From Obrimoposthia wandeli (Eukaryota): a stretch of DNA of 64,000 nucleotides. The translations under genes and the position numbers were made by a program. The notes below the pieces were generated by a model. That model saw nothing but the letters and a program-made list of their open reading frames with translations, searched no databases and was not told the DNA's origin. The stretch is taken from assembly GCA_977020255.1 (NCBI GenBank), contig CDROCS010003719.1, positions 372,001-436,000 on the forward strand, read 5' to 3'. Below are positions 22,477-33,699 of this stretch, piece after piece (the first letter of the stretch is position 1; every line of letters starts with the position of its first letter).

Positions 22477-23420
22477 AGTAGGTGGAAGGATGGAGTCTAA
22501 GCCACTTTACCCCCCCCCCTAAAGGGTGTCACTCCATAAGGATGTCACATCATAAAAGGTGTCTTGCCACACCATAAGGGTATATGTTGCCTCACCTTCG
22601 GTGACCCAACATATACCCTTATGGTATGGCAAGACACCTTTTATGGTGTGACACCCTTATGGAGTGACACCCTTTAGGAGGGAGGCGGGAGGCGGGGAGG
22701 GGAGGAGAGGGGTCAAGTGGCTTAGACTCCATCCTTCCTTGATATACTACTATGGTCGTCCATAGTTTAAAGGGTCAAGTGGCTTAGTCTCCACCCTTCT
22801 TTTTGAGATATACCACTATGAAAGGGTAAAGTGGCTTAGTCTCCACCCTTCTTTTTGAGATATACCACTATGAAAGGGTAAAGTGGCTTAGTCTCCACCC
22901 TTCTTTTTGAGATATACCACTATGAAAGGGTAAAGTGGTTTAGTCTCCACCCATCTTTTTGTGATCTAGTCTCCACCCATCTTTTAGTGATCTAGTCTCC
23001 ACCCTTCTTTTAGTGATCTAGTCTCCACCCATCTTTTTGTGGTCTAGTCTCCACCCTTATTTTTGGTTAACCACTAATTCAAAGGATCAAGTGGCTTAGT
23101 CTCCACCCATCTCTTGTGGTCTAGTCTCCACCCTTCTTTTTGGCTAACTACTAATTCAAAGGATCAAGTGGCTTAGTCTCCACCCTTCTTTTTTGTGATC
23201 TAGTTCATAATGAAAATTTATGATAAAGTTCACTCTTAACAATTAAGAAATGTGGTTTTTAACACACACATACACTATTTTATGTGAAATTTATGATAAA
23301 GTTCACTCTTATCAATTAAGAAATGCGTTTTTTTTTAACACACACATACACTATTTTATGTGAAATTTAAACTAAAGTTTTTTCCTAGGCTTTCACATTT
23401 ATAGAATTATGGTAAAATTT
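22477..23420. repeat. Left TIR of A2 (hairpin 22484-22738, 11 iterons)
   Basis: Inverted match to 33700-34653. Confidence 0.92.
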
Positions 23421-23472
23421 ATTTAAATAACATAAATTATATATTAAAATAAAATATCCTTAATAAATATAT

Positions 23473-23925
23473 TTATATACAATTTACATAATCAATACAT
23501 AGAGAAAAACATTTCAAATAAGCACAATGTTTTCCGTGTTTTCTAAACGGACATCGAATATTTTTTGGCATTTTCTTTAAATTTTTGAAACTTTTATTAT
23601 AATTCACAATTCTCAAATTTGGAAACATTCGTTTCACTAAATTAATTTTCTTTCCATCAATAGAATCCATAACATAGAATATTGTTTCAACATCATCAAT
23701 ATGAATATCAGAGCTTTCACCTTCAAACCAGGATAACTGATGATGATGATTTATCAAATATAGATTTTTTCATTTAACTGTAAATGATAAACTACTCCAT
23801 GGTATTTGATTTTTAAACACGTAATGAAATGGACAAGTCATATCATTCACATACATTATACATAATTCCTTTGGAATATATTCTCCATTATTATCAATAA
23901 AACATTCTAAATCAATAAAAGCCAT
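23473..23925 (-). pseudogene. Maelstrom-like nuclease, A2 copy with AGA>TGA nonsense codon
   Basis: Near-identical to 4052-4504. Confidence 0.6.
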
Positions 23926-23979
23926 TTGAAAATAAAATAAAATGAAATACTAAAATGATATATTTGTTTATACTTAAAA

Positions 23980-24357
23980 TTATTTGTGTTGAAGTTTCAA
24001 CCATAAAAGACTCAGAGGTCCGCAGTTTTTAGTTAATGGATTCTGACATTTAACTCGATTATAGTAGACTGGAATGTTTTCTTTTTTCAAGTGTAGACAC
24101 CAACTTTGCAGGATAATAGAATCCAAAAGGATCAAACACTCGAATCTCGAATCTGTCAACGAATATTGCTATCCAATGCTCGCCTGGTAGATTTGAAGTA
24201 TGAGTATTGATAATGTAACCTCCGGGTTTTAATGATGGAATTTTATCCAATGAATATACTCCATTAAATTTGTTATTCAATAATATTTTTCCGGATTTAT
24301 GAATTTCTAAAGTACTAATTTTAATAAAGAATATAATATAAAATAAGCTTACTTCAT
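23980..24357 (-). pseudogene. Adenain-like protease, A2 copy (intron 24315-24352; +1 A frameshift near 24085)
   Basis: Same 38-nt GT-AG intron as A1. Removing one A restores ENIPVYYNRVKCQNPLTKNCG. Confidence 0.85.
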
Positions 24358-25573
24358 ACAATCACAGTTTTATTTTTCGTAATCTGAATTTCGGAATCAA
24401 ATATTCCGTAAATCAAAACACTTGTTGGAACGGTCAAAGGAGAATTAAATCTAATTTCAAGTCTTAAATTACCAGTTTTAGGCACTTGAGTAGTGTTTAT
24501 ATCAAAATCTGGTGCTAATAGAAAAGTGAAAATCGAACTTCCTGATTTAAAATCAGAAAATCTGATACCATTATTCAAGTTTTTATCTAAAATATTCATA
24601 TTTCGAATAATTGACTGCATATATGCTAATGAAAAATTGTTATTATCTAGATTATAAGTTTCTCGATAATCTGTATTTCTAGCTAATGATATTGTTGAAA
24701 CATTAAATGTATCGAATGTAGAAGATTTAACTTTGTATTCCTTACCACCCTGAGGTGTATCTTTGAAAGCAATCAAAATGAACTTGGGTAAACGATAGTC
24801 TCCGAATATTTGATCTTTATTAAGTTCCAAAGAACCCTGAGGAATTGAATATGTTACTAACTGAGTTTTTCTAATTGGGTAAACTGCATTCTGACTTTGC
24901 AAACCTAACTGATGTCCAATCATTACTGAAGAATCAACTTTTACTCTTCTAACATACAATCTAGCATCTAGAATTTGAATAATTGGTTTTGAAGTTTCTG
25001 AATAGAGCGAAAAATTATGCTGATTTCTCATAAATCTCAAATGAACATTAATCCCTGGAATCAAATATTTTGGTTGTTCAAAGAAATCTAATCTAATTGA
25101 ATTACATAATGAAAATATTTTAGATTCACTAATCCATTGTTTACGATTTTCTGCTTCATCATCATACCCACTACATTCAAGGTTAGTATACTTGGTATCA
25201 CTACTAAAATTCAAAAGAGTATCGAATATAGCCTTATGAGTATACGTTCCATTTCCTCCTTCAACCTTTACATTATTAAGTGTTAGAATAACATCTCTAA
25301 ACAAAGTTTGAAACATGTAATTCTCTGGAGTTACATCACTATCTTTCATTAAATCAGTACCATCTTCATTTACAACTTTTAATTTAATATTTAACAAAGT
25401 ATCATTCAAATCCAGATAATCTTCTTCAGATGCATGAATATTAAATTCTATGTCATTTAAATTTTTCCAGTAATTGAATTGATTGGAAATATTTCTTCAA
25501 AACATGAATTTTCAATCACTACTTGAGGTAGTGGTCTATCGAAAATACACAATTCAGATTTTATACTAGTCAT
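24354..25573 (-). pseudogene. Major capsid protein, A2 copy (1-nt deletion near 25465)
   Basis: Near-identical to 2413-3633. Confidence 0.9.
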
Positions 25574-25968
25574 TTTGGAAAATAGTACCTTTAAGACGTT
25601 TGTTTATACTATTTAAATTATTTCTTTTACGTTTAAGACCCTTTCCATTTTGTTCAACACAATTTGCGACTTTATTTAAACTATCAACAGCATTATTTTT
25701 TAATTTTGGAATCAAAGTTTTGACTTCTTTGATTGTATTTTCTTTGAGAGATGAAATTATGTTTTTGATTTGTTAACGCAGTTCCTACCGTTTCACCAAT
25801 TACATTGGCAGCACTTGTAGCTGCTGATAAACCAACTTTTTTTAACAATGGAATAGCTAATCTAGAAATAGTTTGATACCAACCAGATCCATATTGTTTA
25901 CCAATGAAATAGGGAAGTTCACCGCCCTGTTGACTTTTGCTATAAAATTTTATAATTGATGTATTCAT
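25563..25968 (-). pseudogene. PW/PZ-type protein, A2 copy, frameshifted
   Basis: Near-identical to 2016-2420. Confidence 0.7.
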
Positions 25969-26009
25969 TTTATATATATATATTTATATTTTAAATATAT
26001 TTATATTGT

Positions 26010-26880
26010 TTATACTTTACGTAAATGAAGAGTTAAACTAGTTTTTGCTCCATATGAAAATGGAATTAAATTACCAGAATCATCACGTATATTTACCTCG
26101 ATTCTATTAATACTTGAACCTCACATTATTTTCAAGTACATTGGATTATCAATTTTAACATTTACTACATCTCCATATCGATATTTTAATGATTTTAACC
26201 AAATAGACTTTAACAGTGGAACATAATCAGATCCTACTAAGACAGAATCTGTTAAACTAGTATAAATATACATTTGATTATATGAGCTAGAAAGTGTTGG
26301 TTTTTGAAAACCTTTAATTCGTTTCTCAAAGAAAACATTATTAAAACCTAATAAAGATGCAAGTTTTTCGTCAAATAAAACTGATTTTACATTTTTCTTT
26401 AATAAAATATCAAATAATCCGTCTGAATCTATATTACAGCTTTTAAAAATTTCATTACATTTACTGGCTATAATATTACATAATGAAGTACTATCTTGTA
26501 TCAAATAATTTTGATTAAATTTTATTTCGTATTCATATTCAGCTAAATAATAAATTGTAATTCTCATTTTAGCATGAATATTTTTATTTATGTCAACAAT
26601 TTCATCACTTGTTATAACATGACTAGAAATTTTTTGTATTTCATTAAAACCTATAATTTTTGATTCATCTAAAGTTTCGAATTTTAACAACATTCGATGA
26701 ATACTGTTAATTGTACTTATTTCTAATTTTTGATTCTTTGTAATTTTGAAATTGAAAACAGTATTTAAATTATTAAAAATTAATCCATTTAAAATTGCAA
26801 AAGATACATCGAAAGTTTTCATTTCTATCTTTTCCGTTTTATAAAGTATTTTTGAATTAGTTTGTATTGTTAAAGGAGTA
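26010..26880 (-). pseudogene. Penton, A2 copy (N-terminus deleted, TGA at 26121)
   Basis: Comparison with 962-1974. Confidence 0.85.
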
Positions 26881-27721
26881 TATATAAAATATACATTATT
26901 GGATTTTGTTTATAATTAATATCATGAATTTGAAAAACCTCATCACTCCAATTTTGATTAAAATTTTTAATAAATGGACTTGTACTTATTTTTGATATTC
27001 GAACATAATCATCAATTTTATATTTAGATTTAAGTTTCTTTTCTTTTAGATTTTGTTTCAACAAAATATCAAATTCATTTTTATTATTTACATCTACAGG
27101 TTTTAAACCATCTAAACCTCTATGTTTAGAATTATTATAAGCATAAATAATTTTTGGTAATACATTCACCCATTTCTTATTACCTTGTTTAGTAAAATAT
27201 TTCTTTAACCGTTCTCTTAACGTTCTATTAAATCTTTCAACTACTGCAGCTTTATATTGAGAATATACTGAATAATGATTGATATTTTCAGTTTTAAATA
27301 ATTTCTTAACATGTGAATTAAAAAATTCTTTACCTTCATCGGTTTGGATATTTACTGGTACATCATCAACAATTAAAGATTCTATTGCATGTAATAAATC
27401 AATACCTGATTTTGTTTTAACACCAACTGCCCTTGCAAAACGACTAAATACATCAATACAAGTTAAAATATACTTGAATCCATTATTTACTGAAGAATAA
27501 GGAATCATTTCCATTAAATCCATCTGCCATAACGAATTAATACCATTAGTTTTATATGATCTAGTAGGGAATTTACGTCTTAAAGGTTTATTCAGACTAT
27601 ATGATAATTCATTTCTTAACCATTTTTGTGTGTTTGTTTTTGATTGTTTGACTCTTTTTGTCAATTTTTCTAACCCTGTATAACCGTCTGGATCTTCTGG
27701 ATTGTTCCAAATCTTTTCCAT
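26870..27721 (-). pseudogene. Integrase, A2 copy: catalytic core in frame, chromodomain removed by a ~334-bp deletion
   Basis: QMD, QTD and VERF triad intact. The junction equals A1 position 773 joined to 1108 through filler TATA. Confidence 0.9.
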
Positions 27722-27865
27722 TGCAGCATGAAGAATTAAAATTTATAAATAAGTTAGACAACTTTGTATTGTTTATCCCCATTATTATAAAAGTTAAATA
27801 TATTTTAATCTGTTTATATGTTTGTATAAAACGAATGAATGTAATTATTTTCGTTATTAAGACAA

Positions 27866-28277
27866 CTATCCCCATCTTGAAGATATAACACTAGCTATTA
27901 CTGATGCTAAAGCGGGCAGTAGGGCCAATATGAATCCGCCATTTTGATTATAAATAATGTTTCTTTTATTAATTTTACCACGTGAATTTGCTAAATTTAT
28001 TAATGAATTTTTATATTTTAAAATATTATCATCAGGTTTAATTTTACCATGAATTATTTTATTTAAAATTTTATTAAATCATCAACTACATAAATTGGAA
28101 ATGATTTCAACATTTTCATTTTATTCGTTTTTGGTACGTCAATTAAGGTTTTAAAATAAGGTAAACTTTTTGAAAATTCAATATTATTACGATCATATAA
28201 TACAGTATTTATTAATTTTTTAACTTCATCTTTATCTGTCCTTTTACTATGTTTAAGAATACTCTTTTAAAATTCAT
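27866..28277 (-). pseudogene. pX-like small protein ending in QNGGFILALLPALASVIASV (frameshifted; absent from the ORF track)
   Basis: Manual translation: basic helical body followed by GGF and a hydrophobic tail. Confidence 0.65.
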
Positions 28278-28278
28278 T

Positions 28279-28930
28279 TTATTTTAAAACATTATTATTA
28301 TTATTTATTTGTTTATAGACTGTAATACCATTACGATTAAATATATCAGTAACAATTCTTAAATCATCAGGACATGATTGAGTAAAATTTTAAAAATAAA
28401 TAACCATGTGGTAAAGATGTAGCATCATGAAACGCATCAATTAAATAACTCTTGTTATGAGGAAATGCTTGACGAGCAATAAAATCTATCACTGTTTGAT
28501 CTCTAGGATTTTTGAATAAAATCAAATAATGTACATTAAGATTACGAGTACGATGATTTCCTCCTTGATGAAATAAATTTTGGGTTATAAAAATTACAGT
28601 AACTTCTCTATGTCTTGCAATTTTTGTAAATAAATCATTAAAATCAGATTCTTTGTTAGCCTCTTGATATAAGTCATCAATAACAATTACATCACCTTTT
28701 ACAAGTCTTGTCGTCCAATTTTCATCAAAACCGTTAATAATCTTAATGTTTTTTATTTTATTAAACTCTTGGTTTGTTAAACCAGCTTCTCCATCACCAC
28801 CTTGATGCCAATATATTTTATTAAATTTATTTTTAAACATTTTTGAATTTAATAATTTACAAACAAATAAAGTTTTTCCACTACCACTTGGTCCTACTAC
28901 TTGAAAAGTTGAATTGTTTGTTAATAACAT
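28279..28930 (-). pseudogene. A32/FtsK-like packaging ATPase (+1 T frameshift near 28385)
   Basis: Walker A GPSGSGKT, Walker B VIVIDD, ARHR..T.IFITQN. The corrected C-terminus reads FTQSCPDDLRIVTDIF. Confidence 0.9.
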
Positions 28931-29011
28931 TATATATAAATATTAATATAAAATAAATATATCAGAATAAGTACATGTTTATAATAATAACAACATTTTA
29001 TTAAATATTTA

Positions 29012-29398
29012 TTAAACATCAAAATATTCGGTCGCTGTATGAATCCTCCAGATGAGAGTTGTTTCATTCTGTTTATTTATTTTATATCCGAGAATTTTTA
29101 TTTCGAGCATCCAACTTCTTCCATCTTCTTGAATATCCGAAATCTTTGTTCCACCACAATCATAAAATTTACACTTATCTCCGCGCATAAATATACCCTC
29201 ATTCTCAAGTTCGACATCAATTTTCAAATATTTGACGATTTCATTGAATTGTTGAATGTCTTTGTCATCAAAATCAGAGACTCGGTAATTGTACAAAGTT
29301 TTCGATAATGTCACTGGCATAGTCATTGGTTGAATCCATGCCGATGCCAAGAAGAACATATCATACTCGTAATACTTTTGAACGGCTTTATAAGACAT
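29012..29398 (-). CDS. Conserved hypothetical Maverick protein, 128 aa (possible OB-fold SSB)
   Basis: Intact ORF with a homolog in degraded element C. The fold assignment is inference only. Confidence 0.55.
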   Translation of the reverse strand: MSYKAVQKYYEYDMFFLASAWIQPMTMPVTLSKTLYNYRVSDFDDKDIQQFNEIVKYLKIDVELENEGIFMRGDKCKFYDCGGTKISDIQEDGRSWMLEIKILGYKINKQNETTLIWRIHTATEYFDV

Positions 29399-29414
29399 TT
29401 AAAAATTGAATGAT

Positions 29415-29880
29415 TTAATTAGAAATTGTTTCGTATTTATATAATTTATTTTTAATGTATGTCATGATATCGTTAACTTGATCTTGAAAATCTAAATTTC
29501 TAAGACCTAAAATTACGACCTTTCCAGATGTGAAAAATATTTACACACAATGGATTGAAAATATTTAATCTTAAGACTGGGAAAACCTCAGAGGCAAATG
29601 AACATGCATTACGTAATACATTCGATAATTTAAATAGATTGATACTTTGTTCTAAATTTTCACATATCGTAATTGATTGAATACCAAGTATATTTATTCT
29701 TAAAGGGTAAGAAATATTTTTAATAGGTACCTTACATCCCATAATCCTGCATTTCTTATTTCTAAAAATAAGTATTGTATAGTCTTTGGCTTTATAAACG
29801 TATTGTTCTGGTCGTGTTCGAAATTTTAATTTGGATACATCATCTAAGCAAATTCCTTTATAATTAATATTTGTTAACAT
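29415..29880 (-). CDS. TATA-binding-protein (TBP)-like protein, 154 aa after removing one T near 29535
   Basis: Two TBP-like repeats: TILIFRNKKCRIMGCK and IQSIT...INLFKL...FASEVFPVLRL...VNIFTSGKVVILG. Confidence 0.75.
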
Positions 29881-29984
29881 TGTAAGTAAAATAATTAAAT
29901 TATTGTATTTATATATTTTTTTTTTATTCAGTCTACAAATCAACCAATATCCAATCAGTCCAATCAAATCAATCATATCATCAG
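29881..29984. promoter_or_regulatory. Candidate bidirectional promoter between the TBP-like gene and pPolB
   Basis: 104-bp gap with three CCAAT (29944-29965) and TATATAAATA on the minus strand about 30 nt above the TBP-like ATG. Confidence 0.5.
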
Positions 29985-32900
29985 ATGAGTATATGTAAAA
30001 CTTATTCAAATATTTGTTTTTCGGATACACATTTTAATCCTCAAGAATGTCATGATATAATGAAAAAATATTATGGTTATTCAAACAAAAGATAAATTAT
30101 TTCATATGTCCACAATGTTTAAGCACTGAAAATGTTGATTACAACTTATTTTATAGTCGACATGTTAGTCATTTAAAAGCATATGAAAATGTTAGTAAGA
30201 AAGAATTATTTAAAGTACCGGCTTTAAGCAAAAGAACTGATATAATTAATGTACCATCAAACATAGTAATTTCAGCTCCTACAATTACGTCACGAAAACG
30301 TAAAATAAATGATAATATACATACTAAAACATCATTAGAAAATAGTTATTCAATGATATCCATGAAAGTAGATCATCTCAATCTTGTAAGTCTTAAGGTT
30401 CCAGTTTCATTATTAAACGAACTAGAAAGAATAGTGCAATTAATGGGAAAAGCAAAGATACAATACATCATTAGAATGAGGTTTGAAAAGAATGATGGAG
30501 AAACTAAAGAATGGTATGCTTCACATCGAGCAATGATTTTTTCACATGCTATAATTTCAGAAATGGAAGATACAATGGAAAATAAAGTTGAAGAATATTC
30601 AGAAAAAGGTAGTGGTTGGAAATTGATGAATATACTTGAATATGCATTTATTGTTACTAAATATAGTCAAATTTGTGCATTGTCAGGTCATTCATATATT
30701 AAATCACCAAATTCTCTTGCAAAATCTAAAGCAGTCATAAATATTCTAAACTCTGATAATCTTTGCTTTATTTATGCAATATTGTCAATACTTAAATATA
30801 ATGAAATAGACTCACATAGAAATAGACCAAGCAACTATGAAAGATTTTTAAATGATTTTGTATATAATTCCGAAGACATGCCTATGAAAATATCAAATAT
30901 ATCAAAATTTGAACGGCAAAATCCTGGTATAATAATAAATGTATTCATATTCAACGAGGTAAGTGAAAAAGAATCAAAAACTGATGTTATCAAGAATCCA
31001 TATATTGATATTGCATACAAATCAAAAATAAAGGAAGGAACTATAGTTAATTTATTGTTACTAGAATCCAAGGAACGGTTTCATTATATAGGAATAAGTT
31101 GTCTTAACCGACTATTAAATATTCGAACTGGAACGACTAGAATTAGCAGAAAATGGTGTGAAAAGTGTTTACATGGTTTCAATACCGATTTGTCATTAGA
31201 AAAGCATAAAGTTTTATGTGACTATAATCAAGAAAGCACTACAATGTATACTATGCCTAAGAATAAGTACGTTAAATTCAATGATTGGTCAAAAACTATA
31301 TCACCAAAATATGTCGTTTACGCTGATTTTGAATCTGTATTAGTACCAGATGAGAGTTATCATCAAAAGCATATGCCTGTCGCATCTGGCATGTTATTTA
31401 TGAGTACAGATGAAATTGAAACCCAGTATCAATATAATGTTGGTGACGACTGCATAGTTAAGTTTCTTCAGTCAATAGAGAACTTAGCTAAAGAAAAGGT
31501 TTTGCCATGGTATTTAGATGCTCTTAAAAACGTAATGATTCCCTTAACAAATGCAGAGATTCATACATTTAGCAATGCCAATGAATGTTATTTATGTCAC
31601 GAATCATCTGAAAAATATGTTAAAGATCATGATCACTTTACTGGTAAATATCTAGGTCCGGCATGCAATGAATGTAATTTATCAAGAAAACTTCGTCCAA
31701 CTTTACCTATTGTGTTTCATAATCTCAGAGGTTATGATTTACATCATATTTTAAAACATGCATTGAATAAATTTACTGACTGGGATATAAATATTATACC
31801 ACAATCAACGGAAAAGTTTCAAGCCATGATTGTAAGATTAGGTCAAATAACTCTGAGATTTATAGATTCTTTGCAATTTTTACAATCATCTTTGGAAAAT
31901 TTAGCAACTAAATTACCAACTATTCCATTAACAAGATCAGTTTTTCCATCTAAACTTATTGATGGCAAAGGAATATTTCCATATGATTTTGCTACATCAT
32001 TAAATGTCCTCCAGAATAAGTTAAGTTTACCAGTAAAATGGAATGATAAAATCACAGACACTGAATATCAAAAAGCACAAGATGTTTGGAAAATAACCAA
32101 TTGTAGAAATATGTTGGATTATATGTTAGTTTACTTAAAGACTGACGTATATTTATTAGCTGACGTATTTCAAACATTCAGAAGAAAAGCTCTCAGTGAA
32201 GATGGTTTAGAACCACTTAACTTTTTTAGCATTTCTGGGTTGAGTTGGGCAAGTGCACTAAAAATGTTAAAACATAAGGTTGAACTGATGCAGGATCCTG
32301 AAATGTACAACATGATTTCTTCGGGTATACGAGGAGGAATGACATTTGTCAATAAGCATCATGTAGTCGCTGATGAAGAAACAAGTCTTTTATATATAGA
32401 TGTTAATAATTTATATGGATGGGCTCTTGATCAACCTTTACCAAAAGGAGATTTTGAATGGATTCTTGATGATATAAAATTAAACGAAATATTGCATGAA
32501 ATGAAAAATGTGAACATGGAACATATTGAATATGGTTATTTTATGGAAGTAGACTTGGTAATACCAGAAAACCTTCATGACTTTTTAGATGATCTTCCTA
32601 TAGCTCCAGAAAAGAAATGTCCACCTGGTAAAAAAGTTGAAAAACTTTTATTGACACATTCGCCAAAAAGTCATTATGTTATTCATTGGAGACTATTGCA
32701 GATGTATGTTAGTTTAGGAGCAGTGGTAACAATTATTCATCGAGCAGTAAAATTCTCTCAGGCTAAGATATTCGCAGAATATATAGAATATAATTCAGAA
32801 ATGAGATCACAAGCAACGAATAAATGTGACAAAGATTTTTATAAACTTAAAAATGTTAGTTTGTATGGAAAGACTGTTGAAAATGTTAAGAAACGATTGA

Positions 32901-33625
32901 ATCTTCGCATCTGCACTAGTTCTACAAAATTAATCACATATACTAGCAAACCTATGTTTCAACGATCAATTGAAATTCATGATAATTTAATAGCTGTTTT
33001 ATTAAGAAAAGATTTTATTTGTCTCGATCGACCAAATTATATAGGCCAAGCTGTACTAGACCTTAGCAAATTACGAATGTATACTCTTCAGTATCATGAT
33101 TTGCAAATATATCGTAATTTATTCAATTGTTCAATTAATATAGTTGCCGGTGATACCGATTCATTCTTTTTGGAATGTAAAAACGTTAATTTAAGAAAAC
33201 AGTTGTTACCAAAAATGATTGCAGATGGATTATTAGATACGTCAAATTATAATGTGAATGATCCATTATATTCTAATAAATTTAATAGTAAAATAGGTTT
33301 ATTTAAAGATGAATCGGAAGGAAGAATGTATAAAGAATGGATTTTCTTACTTTGTAAATGTTATTCACTTAAGTTTGAAGATGACTTTGAAAATAATAAA
33401 GCAAAAGGAGTAAATCTTAAGGGTTCAACGGTTGTACATCAAACATATTTAGATGTGTATGAAAACGGTATTGCATATACTATACCTCAAAAGAAGTTTG
33501 GAACAATAAATCATCAACTATATACAATCATAATACAAAAGACTGCTCTCAGCTCATCAGATGACAAGCGCTATTGGATCGAGAAAAATAGAAGCCGCGC
33601 TTATGGACATTATGAAATAACATAA
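29985..33625 (+). CDS. polB: Protein-primed DNA polymerase B (about 1213 aa with the N-terminal extension; 1-nt deletion near 30090)
   Basis: GSGW, DNLCF...HY, CEKCLHGF...H zinc finger, YADFES, DHDH...CNECN, FHNLRGYD, YIDVNNLYG, SLYGKT, DTDS. The frame is open from 30056 to 33625. Confidence 0.95.
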
Positions 33626-33699
33626 TAAATGTGTTTAATTTTGTATTATTCTCTGACTTCTTTCTTATTTATTTTTTGATTTAATTTTTGATTTAATAC

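Noticed and set aside
22484-22738. Self-priming 3' hairpin as in AAV
   Set aside because: The terminal 7 nt lie outside the stem and would be unpaired, so direct self-priming is not supported without processing.
22740-23200. Regularly spaced repeats resembling a CRISPR array (also 4920-5190 and 34070-34350)
   Set aside because: The intervening sequences are themselves repeated rather than unique spacers, there are no cas genes, and the context is a eukaryotic TIR.
29520-29545. Programmed ribosomal frameshift in the TBP-like gene
   Set aside because: No canonical slippery heptamer or downstream structure. A homopolymer indel is simpler.
29881-30030. N-terminal 50 aa of the 176-aa ORF 29500-30030
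   Set aside because: It starts at GTG, runs through the promoter and overlaps the pPolB start. TBP similarity begins at ATG 29880.
30047-30055. ATG TCA TGA as the pPolB start with a nonsense codon
   Set aside because: Homology with family B supports ATG 29985 plus a 1-nt slip instead.
27279-32352. Antisense ORFs over integrase and pPolB (27279, 27609, 27658, 30835, 31843, 32170)
   Set aside because: Shadow frames of real genes.
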